Below, one piece after another: positions 17,224 through 25,234 of a DNA stretch of 53,191 nt. Made by a program: the position numbers and the translations under genes. The stretch spans positions 1 through 53,191 of the forward strand of contig CAZPJY010000009.1 in assembly GCA_964587045.1 (NCBI GenBank), in the 5' to 3' direction. The stretch's first letter is position 1. Every line of letters starts with the position of its first letter. Below the pieces are notes generated by a model that did not search any database, was not told where the DNA came from, and saw only the letters and a list, made by a program, of their open reading frames with translations. Source of the DNA: an uncultured Methanosarcinales archaeon (lineage in GTDB: Archaea > Nanobdellota > Nanobdellia > Woesearchaeales > CAZPJY01).

Positions 17224-18516
17224 ATGATACCAGACGTCGTAAAGATCGAGCGCGAAGGCCGCCACTACCTGCTGTTCAACAGGAGGGGGATGGTGCTCGA
17301 GCTGACAGCGTGTGAGTACGCCATCTTCAAAGAGCATGCCGCAAAGAGGAGGTTTCCCAAGGAGCACGCGGAGTTCTTCAACAGGCTGTGCTGCTACGAG
17401 ATGACCTCATTCGAAGGTTACACCCCCAAGCCCGTCCGCGTCGAGTACACGCAAAAGCTGCTGGGTCACGACTCAGGCGAACCGCTGTTTGCTGCGCCCA
17501 TCGTCGCCCACCTGGGGATAACAGGAGCCTGCAACATGCGCTGCTCATACTGCTCGGTCCGGAAGCCGTACTCAGGCAAGGGCGAGCTTTCGAAAGATCA
17601 GTGGAAGACCGTGATAAGCAAGCTCTCAGAGATGGGCGCGTTCCAGATCGGGTTCACAGGAGGGGAGCCCACCCTGCACAACGACCTGGTCGAGCTGGCT
17701 CAGCACGTCACGCGCTGCGGCTGCACCTTCAACCTCACCACCAACTGCTGGAACCTGGACGAGGCGCTGGTCAGGCAGCTAAAGGAGGCAGGCATGCGGC
17801 AGTGCCAGGTCAGCCTGGACTCGCACGTGCCCCAGACCAACGACGAGCTACGCATGAGAGGCTGCTTCTCCCGCGTGCTCCGCGCCATAAGGATGCTGCA
17901 CAGGAACGGCATAACAGTAGGCATCGACTGCGTGCTCACGTCAAAAAACATAGGAGACATCCCAGGCTTCGTCACGTGGCTCTCGAGGATGCGCGTCGGC
18001 TACCTCACCCTCATCAAGGTCAAGCAGGGAGATCTCGACATTAGGACCTTTCGGTCCCTGCTGCCAGGGCACGAGGAGTACTCGAGGCTGCTGGACTTGC
18101 TCTGCAAGCGGAAGAACCAAAACCCGTGCGTGACGATCGACTGCGGCTCCGTCTGCAACCTCGAACAGGTCCTGCGGGACGGCGAGCTCACCCAGGTTCC
18201 CATCGCCGGCTGCCCGGTCGGCCACACCCTGCTCTCGATCGCGCCCAACGGCGACATATACCCCTGCGTAGCGCTGAGCCAGGAGCAGTTCAGGATCGGC
18301 AACGCGCTTTCCGACGACCTTAGAGATGTATGGCAAAACAGCCCCGCGCTGAGGCAGCTGCGGGAGGTAAAGAGCCGCATCAAGGGGAAGTGCTCATCCT
18401 GCAGGCGCCTGGACCACTGCAGGGGAGGATGCAGAGGCATCGCCCTCTCCCTTACCAAAGACCTTTGGATCAGCGACCCAACATGCGGAGGTGAACCACA
18501 TGGAAGTGAGAGCTGA
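17224..18516 (+). CDS. Radical SAM/SPASM protein with N-terminal RRE (PqqD-like) extension
   Basis: CNMRCSYC, FTGGEP, QVSLD; SPASM CPVG...NGDIYPC...CSSCxxxxxCRGGC...DPTC. About 65 extra N-terminal residues (YLLFNRRGMVLELT...FFNRL). Start at MIPDVV after GGGAG. Confidence 0.88.
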   Translation: MIPDVVKIEREGRHYLLFNRRGMVLELTACEYAIFKEHAAKRRFPKEHAEFFNRLCCYEMTSFEGYTPKPVRVEYTQKLLGHDSGEPLFAAPIVAHLGITGACNMRCSYCSVRKPYSGKGELSKDQWKTVISKLSEMGAFQIGFTGGEPTLHNDLVELAQHVTRCGCTFNLTTNCWNLDEALVRQLKEAGMRQCQVSLDSHVPQTNDELRMRGCFSRVLRAIRMLHRNGITVGIDCVLTSKNIGDIPGFVTWLSRMRVGYLTLIKVKQGDLDIRTFRSLLPGHEEYSRLLDLLCKRKNQNPCVTIDCGSVCNLEQVLRDGELTQVPIAGCPVGHTLLSIAPNGDIYPCVALSQEQFRIGNALSDDLRDVWQNSPALRQLREVKSRIKGKCSSCRRLDHCRGGCRGIALSLTKDLWISDPTCGGEPHGSES

Positions 18517-18574
18517 CAAGTTCCTGAGCGGGCACTACGCGTACTTCGCGGAGCTCCCCGAAAGGGAACAGTAA
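18500..18574 (+). CDS. Putative RiPP precursor peptide, 24 aa: MEVRADKFLSGHYAYFAELPEREQ
   Basis: Not in ORF track. Perfect SD GGAGGTGA (18487-18494) 5 nt before ATG; overlaps the end of rSAM-1 and lies between two SPASM enzymes; codons mostly end in G/C like host genes. Confidence 0.72.
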   Translation: MEVRADKFLSGHYAYFAELPEREQ

Positions 18575-18614
18575 AAAAAAACTGGGCGCCTGGGGGCAAG
18601 ACCCCCAAGGCCCC
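18573..18614. terminator. A-tract plus GC-rich hairpin between the peptide ORF and second radical SAM gene
   Basis: A9 (18573-18581), then GCC-TGGGGG-caaga-CCCCCA-a-GGC (18588-18611). Orientation and function uncertain. Confidence 0.45.
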
Positions 18615-18632
18615 TTCTAGGGAGGTATGAAA

Positions 18633-19643
18633 ATGCGCAAGCTAGTAGAGGTAGCCTACGAGATAACCCACCGATGCAACCTGCACTGCGCGCACTGCTA
18701 CCAGGGGCTGCCCAAAGAGGAGATGGGCTGGGAACAGATCGAGGACGCATTATCGCAGATGCACGAGATGGGTGTGGAAAAGCTCAAAATCGGAGGGGGC
18801 GAGCCCCTGCTGCACCCCCACCTCTTCGACGTGACCGACCGCGCGCTGGAGCTGGGCATGGAATGCGTGTTTTCCACCAACGGCATCCTGGTCGAGGACA
18901 GCCTGGAAGCCATGCTCGCACACCGCGTCGGCAAGGTGCAGGTCAGCCTGGACAACGTGGGCGAGAGGCACGACAGCTTCCGCGGACGCCAAGGTCTTTT
19001 CGAGATCGTCGACCGAGCGCTGTCCCTCCTATACGACGCCGGCATCTCAGTCAACGTCGCGACCACCCTCACAACGCAAAACCACCGCGATCTCGGACGC
19101 GTCCGGACCTACGTCGAAAAGAAAGGGGTGAAGCGTTGGAAGGTCCTCAAGTACATCCCCAAGGGGGCGGGCGACCCGCTGATGCTCGCGCCCGAAGACT
19201 ACCGCATCGCGGTCACAGCTCTTCTTGGCAGCCTGAAGCAGCCCAACGAGAATCCTGAAATCATCGTCGCCCGCGAGTTCGACCTCGTGCATGAGGATCC
19301 CGACTACAACGACATGCAATGCTTCGGAGGAAAGAGCTTCGCAAGCCTCAAGCCCAACGGCGACGTCTCTCCCTGCTCGTACCTCGACTTCGTCTGCGGC
19401 AACCTGACCGAAAGGCCCCTAAGGGAGATCTGGGAGGGCGCACTCATGGTGATGTTCTCGCGCGACCACGGCGACCCCTCCTGCGTGTGGAGGAAGCGGT
19501 GCAATGGGGGCTGCAAGGCGGTCGCCCACTACGTCACCCGCGAGTGGGGTTGCGACCCCTACTGCTGGGCGAAATCCAGCGAGTACCGCGCAAAGAAGTG
19601 GATGGAGTGCAGAGGCGGCACATTCATAAAGATGGGAAAATAA
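18633..19643 (+). CDS. Radical SAM/SPASM protein without N-terminal extension
   Basis: CNLHCAHC, GGGEPLL, STNG, QVSLD; SPASM-type CFGG...NGDVSPC...CxxxxxCNGGC...DPYC. SD GGAGGT (18621-18626) favours ATG 18633 over 18627. Confidence 0.88.
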   Translation: MRKLVEVAYEITHRCNLHCAHCYQGLPKEEMGWEQIEDALSQMHEMGVEKLKIGGGEPLLHPHLFDVTDRALELGMECVFSTNGILVEDSLEAMLAHRVGKVQVSLDNVGERHDSFRGRQGLFEIVDRALSLLYDAGISVNVATTLTTQNHRDLGRVRTYVEKKGVKRWKVLKYIPKGAGDPLMLAPEDYRIAVTALLGSLKQPNENPEIIVAREFDLVHEDPDYNDMQCFGGKSFASLKPNGDVSPCSYLDFVCGNLTERPLREIWEGALMVMFSRDHGDPSCVWRKRCNGGCKAVAHYVTREWGCDPYCWAKSSEYRAKKWMECRGGTFIKMGK

Positions 19644-19653
19644 AAAAAAACAA

Positions 19654-21750
19654 TTAGTACACCGGCATGCTCCCGCCCGTGACCTTCAGGTCGATGTCCT
19701 TGATCGGGTGCAGGTCCTCTAAGCTGTTGATGCGCAGCAGGTTGGGGCTCTTGGTGTACAGGTCGTCCTCGATGTAGAGGCTCCTCTCGACGCTGGGCGA
19801 GTACCTGTCGCCTGTCGAGTGGTCGATCAGGCCGCGGAGCTCTATGTCGTCAGGGGTGATCCTGAAGACCAAGGCTCCGTTGTAGGACTCGTCCTCGTTT
19901 TGCCAGTCGTAGTAGTAGGCCGGCAGCACAAGCAGCTCCTTCTCCTTCGAAAACAGGAAGGCGCGGTGCTCGTACAGCACGTTCGAGCTGGAGTACCTGT
20001 CAGGCGAGACCCACGAGGCGACCTCCTTAGGGTCAGATACGTCGCTGACGTCGAAGAGGGATATCTTCAGGCCGCGCGTCCTGCCGGTCTCGGATGCGTC
20101 CTGGCCGATGCCGATGATGAGGTTATCATCGTACGGGTGCAGGTACCTCGAGAAGCCTGGTATCTTCAGCTTGCCCAGGCTGCTGATGTGCTCGGGGTCA
20201 GAGAGGTCGATTACGAAGAACGGGTCGACCTGCCTGAAGGTGACCATGTAAAGCCTGTCGCCCATGAAGCGCGTCGAGTAGATCTGCTCGTTCTCCGCCA
20301 GCCCCTCAAGGCTGTCCATCACGTTCAGGTCCTCGTCCAGCGTGTAGACGTTGTTGCTCATCTGGGTCTGCTGGCCCTCGAACCTGTCCCACCTCGCGCT
20401 GAGGGTTGTGGCTATCCTGAACACGCCGTCGTACTCGTCCATGGAGAACTGGTTGTTGACGTAGCCCGGAACCTCGCCGTTGGCCGCGACCCTTATCTCG
20501 CCGTCTTTTACGCTGACCTTGTTGATCACCGTGTACTCGAGGTGCTCCATCGCGTCGAGCCTCTCCTTGAGCAACTCGTCTGCCTTGTCTGTGATCTCCT
20601 CCTGCTCGTCCTGCGGGAGGTAGTTCATGTAGCTCGCGTAGATCGAGTAGATCTTCTGCGTCTTCTCGTTCTTGTTCAGGATGTCGTCGTCGACCTTCTT
20701 GATCTTGTCGATGAGCTTTCGGTCGGAATCAGTCAGCTTGCCATCCAGGAGGTCCATCAGGATCTCCTGCTGGATCTGCCACTCGTTGACCCTCTTGGTG
20801 TAAGTGATGTAGATGTTGTCCTCTGACATGTACAGGTTCTGGCTGGACTCGACCGCGAGCGTCGCGGAATCGGTGATCTCCGCGTCCTTTATGTCGATCG
20901 CGTGGACTGTCACGAACTGGGTGCTGTCGTACGGTATGGGGAAGTAGTACACCCTCGATACCGGCACGTGCTTGACATCAGCTCCCTCAATGAACACAGG
21001 CATGGGAATCGGCCTGAATTCAGGGTAGCTCGTGGTCACGTAGTAGACGTAGTCGTCGACCATGCGGGCCCTGAAGTACCTGCCCTCGAACTTCATCTCC
21101 TCCTCAAGCTGCGGGTCTGACCTGTCCGAAACGTCGTAGATGTCGAAGAAGCTCATGCCCTGCGTGGGCCTGAAGTCGACGCCTTTGAGGTAGTCGTAGT
21201 TGCTCACCGTGCCGAAGACCGCAAGCTTGTCGCCGTTGATGAAGAGGTCCTCAGGCCTGTTGTCGAGGGTGACGGTCGAGAGGATCTCAGCTTCCTCGCC
21301 CGGGTACGCCTTTATTATATAGAGCGTGTTGCCTGATAGGGTGTAGATGTACTCGCCGTCGGTCTTGATCAGGTCTGCCTCGTCGACCGACTCGACCTGG
21401 TTGTTGGTCTGCGAGTAGTCCCAGTCGTCGGCTGCCTTGACCTGCGGCGCAGACTGGGCCATCCCCGATACAGCGGTCTCCATCATGGGCTCAGCTGTCC
21501 TGACAGCGTCGAAACCTGCTGCCAGGTATGCGAAGTTGCTTCCCTGGTTTTGGGAGACGAAGCTCGCCAGCTCGTCTGGGCTGCCGAACGTCTTGGCAGC
21601 AAGGTTTGCGTCCGGGTTGAAGTTTTCCAGATCGTACGAGCCTGTCAGCGCTGTTCCCTCATCGCTCCCGGCAGGCGGTACCGTGCCTGGCGGCACTTGT
21701 GCGCATCCCGCAATCAGCAGGAGCGCCAGTATGAATGCTATGTATCTCAT
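19654..21750 (-). CDS. Beta-propeller domain lipoprotein (COG4880-like)
   Basis: Lipobox IAGC; TNNQVESVDEADLIKTDG, NQFSMDEY, YMVTFRQVDP, GKLKIPGFSRYLHP motifs; SD GGAGG. Confidence 0.88.
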   Translation of the reverse strand: MRYIAFILALLLIAGCAQVPPGTVPPAGSDEGTALTGSYDLENFNPDANLAAKTFGSPDELASFVSQNQGSNFAYLAAGFDAVRTAEPMMETAVSGMAQSAPQVKAADDWDYSQTNNQVESVDEADLIKTDGEYIYTLSGNTLYIIKAYPGEEAEILSTVTLDNRPEDLFINGDKLAVFGTVSNYDYLKGVDFRPTQGMSFFDIYDVSDRSDPQLEEEMKFEGRYFRARMVDDYVYYVTTSYPEFRPIPMPVFIEGADVKHVPVSRVYYFPIPYDSTQFVTVHAIDIKDAEITDSATLAVESSQNLYMSEDNIYITYTKRVNEWQIQQEILMDLLDGKLTDSDRKLIDKIKKVDDDILNKNEKTQKIYSIYASYMNYLPQDEQEEITDKADELLKERLDAMEHLEYTVINKVSVKDGEIRVAANGEVPGYVNNQFSMDEYDGVFRIATTLSARWDRFEGQQTQMSNNVYTLDEDLNVMDSLEGLAENEQIYSTRFMGDRLYMVTFRQVDPFFVIDLSDPEHISSLGKLKIPGFSRYLHPYDDNLIIGIGQDASETGRTRGLKISLFDVSDVSDPKEVASWVSPDRYSSSNVLYEHRAFLFSKEKELLVLPAYYYDWQNEDESYNGALVFRITPDDIELRGLIDHSTGDRYSPSVERSLYIEDDLYTKSPNLLRINSLEDLHPIKDIDLKVTGGSMPVY

Positions 21751-21811
21751 TGTGATAACCTCCTAGGTTGATGTTAATGGGTTGTACTTACCTTTATAAT
21801 TGTATTTCTTT

Positions 21812-21860
21812 GATTTCAATCCGGATTGAAGTCTTGACCGGTTAAAGATTAGGTTTATAA
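21812..21860. promoter_or_regulatory. Tandem CCGG-centred palindromes and TATA box upstream of msrA
   Basis: Perfect 16-bp palindrome TTCAATCCGGATTGAA (21815-21830), imperfect TTGACCGGTTAA (21834-21845), TTTATAA (21854-21860) ending 22 nt before the msrA ATG. Confidence 0.5.
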
Positions 21861-21882
21861 CTGCTCGAGCCACCCTGACCAT

Positions 21883-22497
21883 ATGAAGCGTGTGACACTG
21901 GCATTCCTCGTATTACTTGTGCTGGCAGGATGCGCGCCGGGTGAGACCGTGGAAAAGAAGGAGATACCTGCAGATGCCGCCGTGGCAACCTTCGCAGGCG
22001 GCTGCTTCTGGTGCATGGAGGCCGGCTTCGAGGCTCAGGACGGGGTCTATGAGGTGATTTCGGGCTACACCGGAGGCCACGTGGACGACCCGTCCTACGA
22101 GGAGGTCTCGGCAGGAACCACAGGGCACTACGAGGCTGTGCAGGTGTACTACGACCCTTCAAGGATCAGCTATGAGAAGCTCCTGGAGGCCTTCTGGATC
22201 CAGATCGACCCGACCGACGCCGGAGGTCAGTTCGCAGACCGCGGCACGCAGTACAGGACCGCGATATTCTACCAAAACGAAGAGGAAAAGGCGGCTGCGC
22301 AGAAGTCGATCGACGAGGTGGCCAAGAAGTTCGACAAGCCCATCGCGACCCAGCTGCTGCCTGCGCAGAGGTTTTGGCCTGCTGAGGAGTACCACCAGGA
22401 TTACTACCTCAAGCAGCAGGCGCGCTACAAGACCTACGAGAAGCTCTCCGGAAGGGAGGCCCAGATCAGAGAGAATGAGGAGCGCTTCGGCACATGA
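21883..22497 (+). CDS. msrA: Peptide-methionine (S)-S-oxide reductase MsrA, lipoprotein
   Basis: FAGGCFWC, SGYTGG, GQFADRGTQYRTAIF, AEEYHQDYY; N-terminal lipobox LAGC. Confidence 0.95.
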   Translation: MKRVTLAFLVLLVLAGCAPGETVEKKEIPADAAVATFAGGCFWCMEAGFEAQDGVYEVISGYTGGHVDDPSYEEVSAGTTGHYEAVQVYYDPSRISYEKLLEAFWIQIDPTDAGGQFADRGTQYRTAIFYQNEEEKAAAQKSIDEVAKKFDKPIATQLLPAQRFWPAEEYHQDYYLKQQARYKTYEKLSGREAQIRENEERFGT

Positions 22498-22505
22498 TGA
22501 TGGGT

Positions 22506-24164
22506 TTAGAAGTTACGCTTCGAATACACTATGTACTGCGCAGTCTCAGGGATCATTTCCACCTCAAACCGGCCTAGGAATAGTGATATCTGGAACTTCG
22601 CAATATCTGACCTTCTCACCTTTAAGGAAGCCTCTTTGTCGTCTTTCAATTTTTCGAGCGCTACCGCGGCTGCGTATTTTATGTCTTTTTTTGACACATC
22701 GCCCCAGATCTTCTCAGAGACATCCTCCTTTTGGGATGCATCCATGCGCTCGCTGGGTGCGAAGGGGATGAATCCCTTCCCGCTTTCCAAGCCAGCCCTT
22801 ATAGATATGGAATCTTTATATTTTTGTTTGAATTCGGTTTTAAGCACAACATGCAACCGTTTTATGTACATTTGTTCAAATTCGCTGCTTGACTGTAATC
22901 TGTCCCTCAGGCCTGAGGATTTCAGATTTTCCCAAATCATATATTCGAGATAGTCATAACCGCTTGGCACCTCTTTGATTGGGATACCCATATTCTTTAG
23001 CCTGACTTCGTCATAAGGGATGAATTTTCCAAGCACCTTATCAGCGACAAGTTTGGTCCCGATCATCGCTGCCAGGAAAGCCCCGTAGCTGACAGGCTCA
23101 GGCCAGATGGGCGCGACATGCGAATAAGCCTCCAATCCTGCATATAGCATTCCGTTGAATGAGGCGAAATGCCTCAATGTCTTTGAAGGATGGATTCGGG
23201 GTCTGGTTCCTTTAGTGTCCTTCCTCCTGTCCCCGACCGCCCTCATCACCCTTTTCTGCAGGCGTTGCCTGCTGATGTAATAACCGCCCAGGATGTAAGT
23301 GAGCAGGGCCGGTATCAGATAACGGTTGAATTGCCATTTGTCGCCATCGCCCATGAACTCCCTGGAATACTTTGTGGCCTGCCATTCCTTGTAGATTATA
23401 GTTGGTGGGAAAAAGTTTGTGAGGCTGTATTCCCAATCGGAGCTGAAGCGCTGGAAATCCTTGTGATGCCCTATCTCATGGCCGGATATTGCCTTGACAT
23501 TGCTGTACAGGATTGCGGTCTGATGCAGGGGAATATAGCAGTCGCCCCTCCTCAGCTCTGCCTGTAGCTCTCCAAAAAAGGCTGAGGGCACTCCCAAGAA
23601 CAACCGGGCCAACCAATTGTTCCTTTCCTCCACGTTCTTATCGGCGAACAGTCTGTAGGTGTCGTAGAAGGTCTCTGTATGGTTGATCCTTACCGTAATG
23701 CCTTTTAGGTCCTTGTTCTCCTCCAGGATTGAAAGTACGGTCCTCGATTGGTTCGCGTCCAGGCCCCACCCGACATCCCAATCCCAAAAGAGCAGCTTTG
23801 TTATCATTGAATTCAGGTGCCCGATCTGCCTTGAGGGCCACCAGTCATCGGTCTTGATTAGGTTGTACCTGTCAGTCTTGATATAGAAATCCTTTGAGAA
23901 ATCGATGTCCGAAGTCCTGACAATTTTTTCAAGGTCGACCTTCTTTTCAGTACTACCATCTTCCCTTTTTGAGAACCTAACTTTTTCCCTGACCTTGTGG
24001 GGTATTGATGTCTCGATGACCTTTATCTCAGCTGGCAGAGGATCTGCTTTCGGGACCGACTGCTCAGGGGTCGGGCTGACATGCGAATACCATGCTGCCA
24101 GGCCTGCTGCCATGAGCCCAAGTTTCATCCAGCGCTTGATTTTTGACTTCCTGTATAAAGACAT
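22506..24164 (-). CDS. Hypothetical membrane protein with HExxH (HEIGH) zincin-like motif
   Basis: 552-aa ORF; N-terminal hydrophobic segment, GHEIGHHKD then downstream E (KEWQAT), further TM segments; visibly lower GC than its flanks. Confidence 0.65.
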   Translation of the reverse strand: MSLYRKSKIKRWMKLGLMAAGLAAWYSHVSPTPEQSVPKADPLPAEIKVIETSIPHKVREKVRFSKREDGSTEKKVDLEKIVRTSDIDFSKDFYIKTDRYNLIKTDDWWPSRQIGHLNSMITKLLFWDWDVGWGLDANQSRTVLSILEENKDLKGITVRINHTETFYDTYRLFADKNVEERNNWLARLFLGVPSAFFGELQAELRRGDCYIPLHQTAILYSNVKAISGHEIGHHKDFQRFSSDWEYSLTNFFPPTIIYKEWQATKYSREFMGDGDKWQFNRYLIPALLTYILGGYYISRQRLQKRVMRAVGDRRKDTKGTRPRIHPSKTLRHFASFNGMLYAGLEAYSHVAPIWPEPVSYGAFLAAMIGTKLVADKVLGKFIPYDEVRLKNMGIPIKEVPSGYDYLEYMIWENLKSSGLRDRLQSSSEFEQMYIKRLHVVLKTEFKQKYKDSISIRAGLESGKGFIPFAPSERMDASQKEDVSEKIWGDVSKKDIKYAAAVALEKLKDDKEASLKVRRSDIAKFQISLFLGRFEVEMIPETAQYIVYSKRNF

Positions 24165-24278
24165 GGAAAAGGTGAATAATCCCTAATTTAAAAATTTTCC
24201 TATATGTAACTACAAATAAGTAATAACATATTAACGGGGGCTTAAACATCAAATTCATAAAAGGAAGAGCTGTCTCTT

Positions 24279-24764
24279 ATGGGTATGCGAGCCGATATAG
24301 CCCTGATCACGCTGATGCTCCTCAGCGGATGCGCGCAGCAGGGGATGGAGGACACGACCTTGAAAGACAAGCTAACGCCCATGCAGTACAAGGTGACCCA
24401 GCTGGAAGGGACAGAACCTGCATTCCAAAACGAGTACTGGGACAACCACGCAGAGGGCATCTACGTCGACGTGGTCTCGGGCAAGCCCCTCTTTTCTTCC
24501 ACGGACAAGTACGACTCAGGCACCGGCTGGCCCAGCTTCACCAAGCCCATTGACGACGCAGAGATTGTCGAGAAGAAGGACATGACGCTGGGCATGCCAA
24601 GGACTGAGGTGCGTACCGAGACCTCGCACTTGGGCCATGTCTTCGACGACGGCCCTGCCCCGGCAGGCGAGCGCTACTGCATCAACTCAGCGGCGTTGAG
24701 GTTCATCCCAAAGGAGGACCTCGAAAAGGAGGGGTACGGCCAGTACCTCAAGCTGTTCGACTAG
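24279..24764 (+). CDS. msrB: Peptide-methionine (R)-S-oxide reductase MsrB (zinc-free type), lipoprotein
   Basis: [35 protein letters not shown]; no CxxC zinc ligands; lipobox LSGC. Confidence 0.95.
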   Translation: MGMRADIALITLMLLSGCAQQGMEDTTLKDKLTPMQYKVTQLEGTEPAFQNEYWDNHAEGIYVDVVSGKPLFSSTDKYDSGTGWPSFTKPIDDAEIVEKKDMTLGMPRTEVRTETSHLGHVFDDGPAPAGERYCINSAALRFIPKEDLEKEGYGQYLKLFD

Positions 24765-25210
24765 CCGGTCGATCCCATCCCGCCTTTCCTCTTAGGATTG
24801 ATGGGCTCATCACCGTCAGCCAGAAGTATTTTCTTGAAGACCGCCTGACAGAAGCGGTCGCCTTTCTTGATCACAAGGTCCTTTCCGGACGTGTTCATAA
24901 GGGCGACGACCATCTCGCCCTCGTTGGACTCGTTGTCGTAGTAGTCCGCGTCCAATAGCCCGACAGAGTTCTTGAGGCTGATGCCGTGCTTTATGGCCCA
25001 GCTGCTCCGGGGGTAGATGAACAAGCCCTCGTCGTCTTGCATGTAGGGCTTGATGCCTGTCTTTACCAGCAGCTCCCCTTTGGCTGGCAGGGCAGCATCG
25101 ACCGGGGAGAAGAAGTCGTAAGCCATGCTTTTAGGGGTGGCTCTGCGCGGGAGGATGACATCTGGATTGTCCTTTTGTGAGGAAACCTTCTCGAATCCGC
25201 GAACCTTCAT
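24761..25210 (-). CDS. dut: Trimeric dUTP diphosphatase
   Basis: [26 protein letters not shown] motifs. Start placed at MKVRGFEKV. Confidence 0.92.
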   Translation of the reverse strand: MKVRGFEKVSSQKDNPDVILPRRATPKSMAYDFFSPVDAALPAKGELLVKTGIKPYMQDDEGLFIYPRSSWAIKHGISLKNSVGLLDADYYDNESNEGEMVVALMNTSGKDLVIKKGDRFCQAVFKKILLADGDEPINPKRKGGMGSTG

Positions 25211-25234
25211 GAAAGAAACGAACATGCAACTGGT

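Noticed and set aside
17224..19643. Assignment of the rSAM pair as AhbC/AhbD heme biosynthesis or PqqE/MftC
   Set aside because: No ahbA/B, hem, pqq or mft genes nearby and the peptide lacks PqqA/MftA motifs. Not fully excluded without phylogeny.
19641..19650. A-tract after rSAM-2 as a parallel to the A-tract after the peptide ORF
   Set aside because: More simply explained as the U-tract terminator of the convergent beta-propeller gene.
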